Virus record (IMG/VR): IMGVR_UViG_3300031414_000005
DNA: 64,000 bases
DNA from: a virus
Taxonomy: Duplodnaviria; Caudoviricetes
Strand: one strand, 5' to 3'
Shown piece after piece: positions 38,269-46,827 of the stretch. Numbering within the stretch: the stretch's first letter is position 1; each line of letters begins with the position of its first letter. Below the pieces are notes generated by a model. It saw nothing but the letters and a program-made list of their open reading frames with translations. It made no database searches and had not been told where the DNA came from. A program made the translations under genes and the position numbers.

Positions 38269-38285
38269 GATTGGAGTAGAACTTC

Positions 38286-41200
38286 ATGAGACTCGTTGAT
38301 AACGACACCATCAGCCCGATTGAAGAAGACAACGGGTCCTGGGGCGATGTGTTAGCAACTGTGGTGGGATTGACTCAAGCGGATATCCTCCTGGCAGTTG
38401 ATCGCGTTGACGGCGCTGACCGGGCACTCACCGCGTTATCCCAAAACATCACTACATTGGTTAACCAGATTAAACAGGAGTGGGATACCCACACGGCATC
38501 CACCTTCGGGACTGAACACCGCACCACCAAAGATGTCATTGGTCTGTGGCGTAAAGACGCGTTTGCTACCGCAACCGATGTCGAAGCCGCGTTAGGGCAA
38601 GCCAATGACAAGTTCATCACCGTGGCCCAGATGACCAGCCTGGTGAACGCAGCCATTGCCCGCACCAACCGCAACATCGTGAAACAGGGTATTTTACCGA
38701 TTTCCTATATTGGGGATCTCGGTTATTTATTGCTCGGGGTCTACGGCTCCTATGAAGGTGCCAGTATGATCGAAACCTGGGACCGCATGAAACTCTCGAT
38801 CGAACGCGGGGGTACTTTGATCCGTCTGCGTCCGGGGACCAACGGGGAATCCCTGGGGTTGTATTACGACTCGATTGCGGGCTTTGTCTCCAACCCGATG
38901 ACAGCTGAGTTGATCAACACCAACCAGAAATACGTCTGCCCCCAGTTCCCGGCGGATTGGGAACCTACCCGGTTGTTCGCCAGCGACGGTGAAGTGATGG
39001 GTGGGGTGATGTGTCAGAAATCGGCATACCCCAACCTGGTGTCAAAGGCGTTTGTCTGCCTAACCTACGGCACCCTGGATGGTACCAAGCACGACATGGC
39101 AGAGATCCTCAACCCATTCTTCCTCGCCAATGACGGCACCACCCAGAAGAACTTCAGCGCCAGCAGTACCTACCTCAAATTGATTGGGGATCGGGTGTAT
39201 ATTTTCCAACGACAGGTTATTCGTGACAACATGCAGATGGTTAACGGGGCTGACACCATCGCCCCGTCACCGTTTGAGATCGCTATTGCGTACCTGAACG
39301 TCGCCGACATCAAAGCCAATGCCACGGTCACCCCGACGGTGTTAACCAACTGGACCAGTACCAGTTACGGCAAAACCCGGACAGGACGCAACCTGACCCT
39401 CAATGCGCGTTTAGTGGGGCGAACCGGCACGGACTCGTTGGTCTATTACGACGGAGCACAAACCATCACCGCCACCCTGCGTCCGTTCTGTGGGGGTGCC
39501 TGGTCAATTGGGGTGTTGAATGCAGCCGGTACTCAGTTGGGGTTCAATTTCCTCGATACCTTCAACATTGATGGATTGGGGAGCTCCTCGGTATTGGGCG
39601 GCACCTGGGCCATGATCGTGGACCTGAATGCCAAAACTGCCACGGAAACATACGCACACACCCCGTACCCGGCAACCGATAAAGACCCGAGTGTCGGTAC
39701 GATCAATGTGGGTAATAGCAATGGCGGGAAAATCACCACCAACACCCTGACCGGCGACAACCTTTCTGGTGACGTGCACAACTCCAACCTGATTGCCCCG
39801 TCCGGGCATTCGATCGTGTCTAAGCGTACCCAGGCCGCCAACTTTGGGATGCAGTTTTTGGTGTACACCATCAAAGGTATGCCGGACGTTGAAACCTATA
39901 AAGCCCGCCCCTGGCTGTACGACAAAACCACTATTCGCGCACAATCAGACGCCACTGCCTACGGTACCCCCGCCCGTGGTAACATCCGCAGTCCGATCCT
40001 GTTCCCGAACAATGTGATGTCGTTTTTCACCATGCCACTCAGTGGGGTTGGTGCATCGGTGATGAGTTACACCCCGATCGACAATGACTTCACTCACACG
40101 TATAAATTGTTGGGTGTGGGTAATGTCCCGGGGTTTGAACCCAAGGCCAATCGGCAGAACAGTGCGGTGGATGCACCGTGGCGAGAGGTGATGACCGAGA
40201 TCAACGGGAGTGCGGTGATCGCCCATTGCCAGTGCTTGTCAACCCAAAACCCAACAGGCCCCACCGACATTGGGCCGAACATGGTAACCTCGGGGTCGAT
40301 GAGTGTGGCGCTGGCCGAGTTGAACACCCAGGCCCAGCGGTTGATTGCTGCGTCGGGACGCACGGTGTTGAAATACGCGGCGATGCTGTTTGTGCCACGG
40401 GACACCGGGATTCCATTGATCCTGAAACTGATTGGGTACGAGAAGGCCGATGCCAGAGGGGTGCAAAACACCTTTATTGCTGCGGCAACCTGTACTTACG
40501 GCGGGAGTCGCACTGCCGCCACTATCACCAACTGGCAGGCCCGTACGGATGACCTGGTGGTGGACTCAGTTGATTATGCGTGTACTGACCTGATCTGGCG
40601 TAATCGCCACATGGGGTTCATCTCTTACAAGATCGATGGAGGGTACCTGTTGTGTGTGACCGGGTTCCATTGTTCGGTGAACATTGGCCCCTCGAACTCC
40701 GCCTGGCCGAGTTTCTTTAAGTACACCACCGCCACGGGTAAGATTTCGGACAGCCCACACAAAACCTGGAACATGTCACCGTACGACGACCTGTTAGCAC
40801 GCACCCCCTTTGCGCTGCCTAACCGGGGTTTCTACATCACGGACGACAACGACACGGCCGGTATTCGGGACACCAATTTCCCGATGTTGTCACCCACTTT
40901 ACCTGACACCATCCTGGCACGTCCAGTGGGGACCGGGACCGACATTAACACTCTGGCTGCCTGGGACACCAATCTGGGTTCTCCGGTCGTGTTGCTGTCA
41001 CAAACGGTGGAGCAAGGGTTTGTGGTCTATTTCACCCAACGGACCAACCTGTTTATGGCCGGTAATGAATACATTATCGAACAGACCCAGATTGACCTGC
41101 GGAGTGTCACGGCAGACCCGACCAACAAGACGTTCTATGTCTGCGTCAAGTTGACGGACCTCGGGCCGAAGTACACCATCACCCTGGAGGAGCAAGCGGA

Positions 41201-41390
41201 TTCTATCTGGAACATGCAGATCGGGATCATCAAAACCAATGCCACGCAGATTGCCACGATTCAAACCGAGAAACCGGTATTGATTGGCGGGTTCTACCGT
41301 TTGTCACCTACACAACGTGGGTCGGCTGTGCCTGTTTCTACAGGCTCGGTTAACACCAGCGGGAACATGCTTTGGACCCAGCTGGATTAA
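38286..41390 (+). CDS. Long tail-fibre-like virion protein, paralogue of 34781-38227
   Basis: 1034 aa; shares YEGA...GLYY and the C-terminal QGxxVYF...IDLRxVxADPTNKTFY...IGxIKTN...PVSTGSVN block. Confidence 0.65.
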   Translation: MRLVDNDTISPIEEDNGSWGDVLATVVGLTQADILLAVDRVDGADRALTALSQNITTLVNQIKQEWDTHTASTFGTEHRTTKDVIGLWRKDAFATATDVEAALGQANDKFITVAQMTSLVNAAIARTNRNIVKQGILPISYIGDLGYLLLGVYGSYEGASMIETWDRMKLSIERGGTLIRLRPGTNGESLGLYYDSIAGFVSNPMTAELINTNQKYVCPQFPADWEPTRLFASDGEVMGGVMCQKSAYPNLVSKAFVCLTYGTLDGTKHDMAEILNPFFLANDGTTQKNFSASSTYLKLIGDRVYIFQRQVIRDNMQMVNGADTIAPSPFEIAIAYLNVADIKANATVTPTVLTNWTSTSYGKTRTGRNLTLNARLVGRTGTDSLVYYDGAQTITATLRPFCGGAWSIGVLNAAGTQLGFNFLDTFNIDGLGSSSVLGGTWAMIVDLNAKTATETYAHTPYPATDKDPSVGTINVGNSNGGKITTNTLTGDNLSGDVHNSNLIAPSGHSIVSKRTQAANFGMQFLVYTIKGMPDVETYKARPWLYDKTTIRAQSDATAYGTPARGNIRSPILFPNNVMSFFTMPLSGVGASVMSYTPIDNDFTHTYKLLGVGNVPGFEPKANRQNSAVDAPWREVMTEINGSAVIAHCQCLSTQNPTGPTDIGPNMVTSGSMSVALAELNTQAQRLIAASGRTVLKYAAMLFVPRDTGIPLILKLIGYEKADARGVQNTFIAAATCTYGGSRTAATITNWQARTDDLVVDSVDYACTDLIWRNRHMGFISYKIDGGYLLCVTGFHCSVNIGPSNSAWPSFFKYTTATGKISDSPHKTWNMSPYDDLLARTPFALPNRGFYITDDNDTAGIRDTNFPMLSPTLPDTILARPVGTGTDINTLAAWDTNLGSPVVLLSQTVEQGFVVYFTQRTNLFMAGNEYIIEQTQIDLRSVTADPTNKTFYVCVKLTDLGPKYTITLEEQADSIWNMQIGIIKTNATQIATIQTEKPVLIGGFYRLSPTQRGSAVPVSTGSVNTSGNMLWTQLD

Positions 41391-41402
41391 CTCGCTTAAA
41401 GC

Positions 41403-41429
41403 GGAGAGGGCTCGCGCCCTCTCCCTTTT
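41403..41429 (+). terminator. Terminator at a convergent junction
   Basis: ggagagggc tcgc gccctctcc ctttt. Confidence 0.75.
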
Positions 41430-41436
41430 CATGCGT

Positions 41437-42378
41437 TTATACGGGGACGTCTGATTTGTCCCCACCACTTTTCACACCGGGATGGACGTGCGTGCCAAAC
41501 TCAATTCCGCCGATCAACGCCCCACCTTGGAAAACAGCGTGTCCGGTGGAGTCAATGTCTCCCTTATGACGGATGTCACCTGTGATGTCAAACCCACCCG
41601 TGGATGTCCAGTTCGAGGACTTGGCTTTGTAGACCACGTTCTCGGCTTCAATCGTCAGGTTCTTGGTGGCGATCTTGATGGCCTTCAGCGCCTGGATCAA
41701 CATGTTCTCGGTGCAACCCAGCATGATGTTCTTTTTGTCGATACGGATATACGACTTATCCCCGTTGACCATCTGCATGATGCGTTGCATGAAGTCAATG
41801 GCAAACGAGTTGTTCGCATCGTCACCAATCGCAAAGGTTCCCGCCCCAAAGTCCACTTTAGCCGTGAAGCGGATTTTCTCCCCGTTGGCTTTGGAGTTGG
41901 TGAACATCAGGTGTTTCTTGTGCGAGGACCATTCCATGAAGTACATCGAGTTGATGTCCGGGGTCACGTTCTCACCGGTTTCGGGTGACCCACTCAATCC
42001 GATGATCACCGTTTCCAACCGACGCAGTCCGTCGTCCAGGCCGGTGGTGGTCCAGTAGTATTTGTCCTGATCCCCCCAGCGGTACACCAGTACGCGTTCC
42101 CCTACCACCACGTTAGGTGGGGTGATGCGGTTGCTTCCCCCGACACCCGGGAACCAGGTGCACACGATGCTGTTGTTCTGCATGGTCTGGCTTTGGCGCC
42201 CTGACCCGTTCGCGTCCTTCCCGGTGTACTGGACAACTTTTGGGTCCGCTTTGATTTCACCTGAAGCCATCCCCGAGTACTCGCCCAGGAACACCGTGGC
42301 CTCTTTGGAGTTGTTCTGTTTAACCGCGGAAATGGTGCCCGTGGCAAAGGGCTGAAAAACACAGGCAACGTTGTTCAT
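41437..42378 (-). CDS. Baseplate central spike (gpV/gp5-like) with C-terminal HxH tip motif
   Basis: 313 aa; TPPNVVVGERVLVY OB-fold-type motif, beta-repeat C-half, terminal GTHVHPGVKSGG. Confidence 0.75.
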   Translation of the reverse strand: MNNVACVFQPFATGTISAVKQNNSKEATVFLGEYSGMASGEIKADPKVVQYTGKDANGSGRQSQTMQNNSIVCTWFPGVGGSNRITPPNVVVGERVLVYRWGDQDKYYWTTTGLDDGLRRLETVIIGLSGSPETGENVTPDINSMYFMEWSSHKKHLMFTNSKANGEKIRFTAKVDFGAGTFAIGDDANNSFAIDFMQRIMQMVNGDKSYIRIDKKNIMLGCTENMLIQALKAIKIATKNLTIEAENVVYKAKSSNWTSTGGFDITGDIRHKGDIDSTGHAVFQGGALIGGIEFGTHVHPGVKSGGDKSDVPV

Positions 42379-42434
42379 ATTTTTATACTCAGGGTTGGAT
42401 AGTATATGTGCACGACTAACAATGGAAAGCCAGA

Positions 42435-44942
42435 ATGCAATTACTAAGCATTGAATTAAAAGGGTATCTCCCGCTGAAATCCAAAGGGGTAGATTTCGTT
42501 AAGCTGGAGTTCACTGAGTTGGTGCAAATCTTCTTAGGGCGCAACGGTGATGGAAAATCCTCGTTACTGCGTGAATGCAGCATGTTACCCCCGGAAAACG
42601 GGTCATACGCGAAAGCTGGCTATAAAATAGCACGCGCCCGTCATAACGATGCGCTGTATGAAACCGCTTGCTATCCCGGTTCACCGATGCGGTGTAGCTT
42701 TGTTAAAGACGGGGTTGAACTCAACGAGGGTCGCACCCAGGCTGCCCAGAAAGAACTGGTGAAAGACCATTTCGGCATGACCAGTGAAATCCATGACTTT
42801 TTATTGGGTGTGGTGAACGGCACGTCCTTTACCAGCATGGCGCCGGGGAAACGCAAAGAGTGGATCATGCGCTGGTACCCTAACGACATGACCTACGTCA
42901 CCGACTTCTATGACCGGGCCCGTAAAGAGTTGCGTGACACCAGTGGTGCGGTCAAGAACATCAACAAACGTCTGGCCGATGAACTCGGGAAGCGCAAGCA
43001 GTTGGGTGACCTCAACGAAGACCAGTTACGGGAGTCCCTGAGTAAGATCGAGGGGCAACGCAATGACGTGATCATGTTACTCGGTCAAACCAAAGGGATT
43101 GATAATCCCCACAGTGATTTGCAACAAGCCCAAGCCCAATTAGCGGCAGTGGTCAAACGTATGTTGGGGAACCCGGTGTTTGATTGGCCGGTGGTACGCC
43201 CGATTACCGTGATTGACAAAGATATCCAGGCCTGTGATGAAGCCATCAACGGGTTCGAACACCTGCGTCGCAGTTACAGCACCGAACTGGAAACGCTGGG
43301 CCAGAAACTGGCGGAGCAGAACCTCAGTGATGAATCGATTGATGACTTGCGAGCATTACACAAGTCACTGGTGGAGAAACACACCGCGTGTTCTTTGCGG
43401 ATGGCGGAACTGGACAAAGCCTTAACCAGCAGCCCGATTCCCAAACTGGCTGAAATCCTGATGCAGCAGTCGGACAGTGCACATCGCACCTTTATGTCGG
43501 TCGCCGACGAGCTAATCAAAGCATTGCGGGATATGCCGGAAGTCGAGTCGGGCAGTGTGACGTTGCGGGGGTATTACGACCAACTGCAACACGCCACCAA
43601 GTTAGATGATCAGTACGCCGATGCAGAACGTCAACTGAAAAGACTGACTCACCGGTATGAACACCTGAAAGCTGCGGACAAGAACGAGTGCCCGAAATGC
43701 ATGTTCCGTTGGATACCCGGCGTGAGCGGTAACGACATCAAAGCCCTGGAGCGTCAGATCGCTGAAGCGCAAACGGTGCTGGATAACGTCGATACCGAAC
43801 GCAAAACCACCGCCGAGTTCCTGTCCCTTTACGAGAACTGGTATTACCCGGCCATGGCGTTTGTGCGCATCACCAAACACTACAGTGAGTTAGCCCCGGT
43901 GTTCGAATACCTGATGGGGGATTACGAACTGCGGTATAAAGGCGGGCGTGAGTTGTGCATTGTGATTCCGTCGTTGGTCAGTTACCTGTACGAGCATCAG
44001 CAACACGGTGCCTTTGGCAATGACATCAAAGCCCTGGAACAAAAGATTCAGTTAATTGAGAAAGGTGGGATGCGGTATGAGTTAGACCGGTATGACCAAC
44101 TGGACAAATTGATTGGGGGATTGATTCAGGACAAGCGCACCCAGATCAGTCTGCGCGACACCCTGGTGAGCGAACGGGATGCCATTGAAGAGTTTCTGGC
44201 GGAATCCGCTAAACTGACGGTGCTGCAAGAGCGTATCAATAACCAGTTCACCCAACTGTGTCATTGGAACCTCGGGCAGTTTGCGACTACCCAGCTGATG
44301 AACCTCAATGAAGAGAAACGGGTCACCAACAACTTGCTGATGGAATCCAGCGGGGTGGAACATGTGCTGCGCAACCTCAAGAGCAACCTGGCCTCCTTAA
44401 ACGAACGTCAGGACGGTTTGTCTGCACTGACCCGCTCACTCAGTCCCACTGATGGGTTTGTGGCAGAGATGCTGGGTGGCTTTGTTGAGCAGGTGGTCAA
44501 CAACGTCAATGCCATCATCCAGGGGGTGTGGTCGACCCCATTGATCGTGAAACCGTGTGCCAAAGATGACGGGGGATTGAACTTTGTGTTCCCCGCGATC
44601 GCCAACAGCACCGGGGGTGTGGTCAAGGACATTGGGATGTGTTCGGCCGGTGAGCAGGAAATCATTAACCAGGCATTTCGGTTGGTGGGGATGAAATACA
44701 TGGGGATGAGCAAGTTCCCAACGTACATGGATGAAGTCGGGGCTAACTTCGATGAGGTCCACCGCCCACGCTTCATTAACTTTGTGCGTCGGTTAGTGGA
44801 AAAAGGGGAGCACGGTCAGTTCTTCATGATCTCCCACTACATCACCCAACACGGGGCGTTCCCCCACGCTGAAATCTGTGCCTTGTCCACCGAAGGGTTG
44901 AGCATTCCAGAAGGGTACAACAAGCACGTGACCATCAAGTAG
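42435..44942 (+). CDS. sbcC: SbcC/Rad50-like SMC ATPase
   Basis: GRNGDGKSS Walker A, long coiled coil with central CPKC hook, CSAGEQ signature, YMDEVG Walker B, FMISH H-loop. Confidence 0.9.
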   Translation: MQLLSIELKGYLPLKSKGVDFVKLEFTELVQIFLGRNGDGKSSLLRECSMLPPENGSYAKAGYKIARARHNDALYETACYPGSPMRCSFVKDGVELNEGRTQAAQKELVKDHFGMTSEIHDFLLGVVNGTSFTSMAPGKRKEWIMRWYPNDMTYVTDFYDRARKELRDTSGAVKNINKRLADELGKRKQLGDLNEDQLRESLSKIEGQRNDVIMLLGQTKGIDNPHSDLQQAQAQLAAVVKRMLGNPVFDWPVVRPITVIDKDIQACDEAINGFEHLRRSYSTELETLGQKLAEQNLSDESIDDLRALHKSLVEKHTACSLRMAELDKALTSSPIPKLAEILMQQSDSAHRTFMSVADELIKALRDMPEVESGSVTLRGYYDQLQHATKLDDQYADAERQLKRLTHRYEHLKAADKNECPKCMFRWIPGVSGNDIKALERQIAEAQTVLDNVDTERKTTAEFLSLYENWYYPAMAFVRITKHYSELAPVFEYLMGDYELRYKGGRELCIVIPSLVSYLYEHQQHGAFGNDIKALEQKIQLIEKGGMRYELDRYDQLDKLIGGLIQDKRTQISLRDTLVSERDAIEEFLAESAKLTVLQERINNQFTQLCHWNLGQFATTQLMNLNEEKRVTNNLLMESSGVEHVLRNLKSNLASLNERQDGLSALTRSLSPTDGFVAEMLGGFVEQVVNNVNAIIQGVWSTPLIVKPCAKDDGGLNFVFPAIANSTGGVVKDIGMCSAGEQEIINQAFRLVGMKYMGMSKFPTYMDEVGANFDEVHRPRFINFVRRLVEKGEHGQFFMISHYITQHGAFPHAEICALSTEGLSIPEGYNKHVTIK

Positions 44943-44953
44943 TCAAATTAAGA

Positions 44954-44974
44954 CAGACCTACATTATCGATGTG
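44954..44974 (+). promoter_or_regulatory. Early promoter variant
   Basis: cagaccTACATTATcgatGTG, core at 44960-44967; intergenic after sbcC. Confidence 0.55.
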
Positions 44975-45022
44975 CAGGTAGTTAGGTCTGTTTTCTTTTC
45001 TCTTCTTCTATTAGGGTGTGAA

Positions 45023-45718
45023 ATGAACCTTGAATTTTTAACCGGGACGTTAGAGGGTGTGCAAAAGCTGGCGACACAACAAGTGGTGAACCTGTCAGTG
45101 GACTCTATCCGTTCTTTCACGCACGCCTTTCCAGTGATTGCTAAAACCTTTGATTATGTCTGTGTGCCTCGGACTTCCCATGAAGAGGTGTACATGCCGG
45201 ACCTCAGTGAGTTCCTGTCATCTTATCCTACTCTGACCATCCCACGGGCTTTTTCGCAACTGGAGGGTTACCCCAGCATGTCAAGTGAATACGCTAACAA
45301 CCTGGCGATCATTGTCTATGCAGAAAGCGAGGGGTCGGAGCGGGTGTTTGACATGAAGCTGCTGCGCACGTATATGCAGAAGTACAATATACTGCAAGCG
45401 AAACTGCGGGCCTCTGCATACACCAATAACCTGTTGGCTGCGGCAACCTGGCAGGCCTGTTTTACGGATGCGTTTAACGCAGCGGACTTTGACCTTTCGT
45501 TAAATCCGACACGTTTGCTCTATGTTGTGGAACAAACTTTGGTCCGTAATAAGTCCGGGATGCGGGACCTGACCGCCCACGCCGTCGTCGTGATGTGTGC
45601 CGGCAGTCTGAACCAGCGATTCTCCCAGCGGGAATATGACACGATGGTCGTGCTTGTCGCCGAGGCGCTCAGTTTGTCCCCCACGGCCTCGTTTGCCAAA
45701 CTCAACAGGATTGATTGA
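45023..45718 (+). CDS. Hypothetical protein, first gene after an early-type promoter
   Basis: Likely start MNLEF at 45023 within track ORF 44972..45718. Confidence 0.6.
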   Translation: MNLEFLTGTLEGVQKLATQQVVNLSVDSIRSFTHAFPVIAKTFDYVCVPRTSHEEVYMPDLSEFLSSYPTLTIPRAFSQLEGYPSMSSEYANNLAIIVYAESEGSERVFDMKLLRTYMQKYNILQAKLRASAYTNNLLAAATWQACFTDAFNAADFDLSLNPTRLLYVVEQTLVRNKSGMRDLTAHAVVVMCAGSLNQRFSQREYDTMVVLVAEALSLSPTASFAKLNRID

Positions 45719-46092
45719 TGATGCCACGGACCCTCCGAGTTTTGCTGGATTGCTCGGAGATGGGCGGTTTGATTGATGATATCATCAGTGAGATCGCCAT
45801 TCTGAGTTTACCCTCCACCATGCTGTATCACCATGCTATAGACGCAATCCACCACGAAGACTGGCGCGATAACGTTACACTCGATGGCAATCTATCTATT
45901 TATACCCCCACAGGAGAACTTTTAATCAACGCCATTGAATATATCGCTAACTGCATCCACACGCGACTCAACCGGGTTATTCCGGTCGCTGCGGTAGATA
46001 ACATAAAACTACTCAGTGTATACAGTGACACCCTATATTTGCAATTGACGCTCCCTGGAGAGACTTATCATGCACACGCAATCCATTATTAA
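45715..46092 (+). CDS. Hypothetical protein
   Basis: 125 aa; overlap-coupled to both neighbours. Confidence 0.55.
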   Translation: MMMPRTLRVLLDCSEMGGLIDDIISEIAILSLPSTMLYHHAIDAIHHEDWRDNVTLDGNLSIYTPTGELLINAIEYIANCIHTRLNRVIPVAAVDNIKLLSVYSDTLYLQLTLPGETYHAHAIHY

Positions 46093-46771
46093 CTTCCTTC
46101 TACTGCTTGTCTTATCGGTTACCATGGTCGCAGGGGTGCAAGCCGAACCCCTACACCAGAAAGGCTGGGATAAAAACAAAACGGTATTGGTCCGGGCTTC
46201 CCGTGACTCAGGTGTCCCCTTGGGACGACTTACCACTTTTGCCTCGGTTGAATCGGGGATTGGTGAGAACAACTTGAATCGCCACAGTAAAGCCTCTGGC
46301 ATGATGCAATTCACCCGCAGCACCTGGAAAACCCAGGTGAAACAACATGCCCGTAAATATGGATTGAGTCGGAATGTCTCACGCGGTAACGCCTATGCCA
46401 GTGCGGTGATTGGCGCGGAGTACATCAAGTTCAACGAACAATTTCTTGCAGACCGCCTGCATCGACCTATTAGTGACGCTGACATCTACATCGCTTATCT
46501 GCTCGGACCAGATAAAGCAGCGAAGGTGTTGAAAGCGAACCCGAGTCACCGGGTCACGCGATATGTCAATGTAAGCCGAGGGAACTATAGTCTCTTCTAC
46601 CATAAGAACCGCCCCATGACCATTGCCGAGTTCCGCCGCGGAATCGCAGCTAAACTAGCAAGACACGAGTCGTCTTACAAGAACGTGGTATTGGCCATGA
46701 AGCAGCGTCACGCTCCGCGTGACATGATGAAAGATGAAGCTGGGTTTGACCGCCTGGTTGCTAACCTATAA
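46070..46771 (+). CDS. Lytic transglycosylase (SLT/phiKZ gp144-like catalytic domain) with N-terminal signal peptide; endolysin candidate
   Basis: FASVESG catalytic Glu motif, ASGMMQFTRSTW, YIAYLLGP; hydrophobic N-terminus ending VQA/E. Confidence 0.8.
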   Translation: MHTQSIINFLLLLVLSVTMVAGVQAEPLHQKGWDKNKTVLVRASRDSGVPLGRLTTFASVESGIGENNLNRHSKASGMMQFTRSTWKTQVKQHARKYGLSRNVSRGNAYASAVIGAEYIKFNEQFLADRLHRPISDADIYIAYLLGPDKAAKVLKANPSHRVTRYVNVSRGNYSLFYHKNRPMTIAEFRRGIAAKLARHESSYKNVVLAMKQRHAPRDMMKDEAGFDRLVANL

Positions 46772-46781
46772 CTACCTGAAC

Positions 46782-46809
46782 GGGGGTTGCATCAGCAGCC
46801 CTCCTTTTT
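46782..46809 (+). terminator. Intrinsic terminator after the transglycosylase
   Basis: gggggttgc atca gcagccctc cTTTTT. Confidence 0.7.
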
Positions 46810-46827
46810 AATGCGTTAAGGATAATT

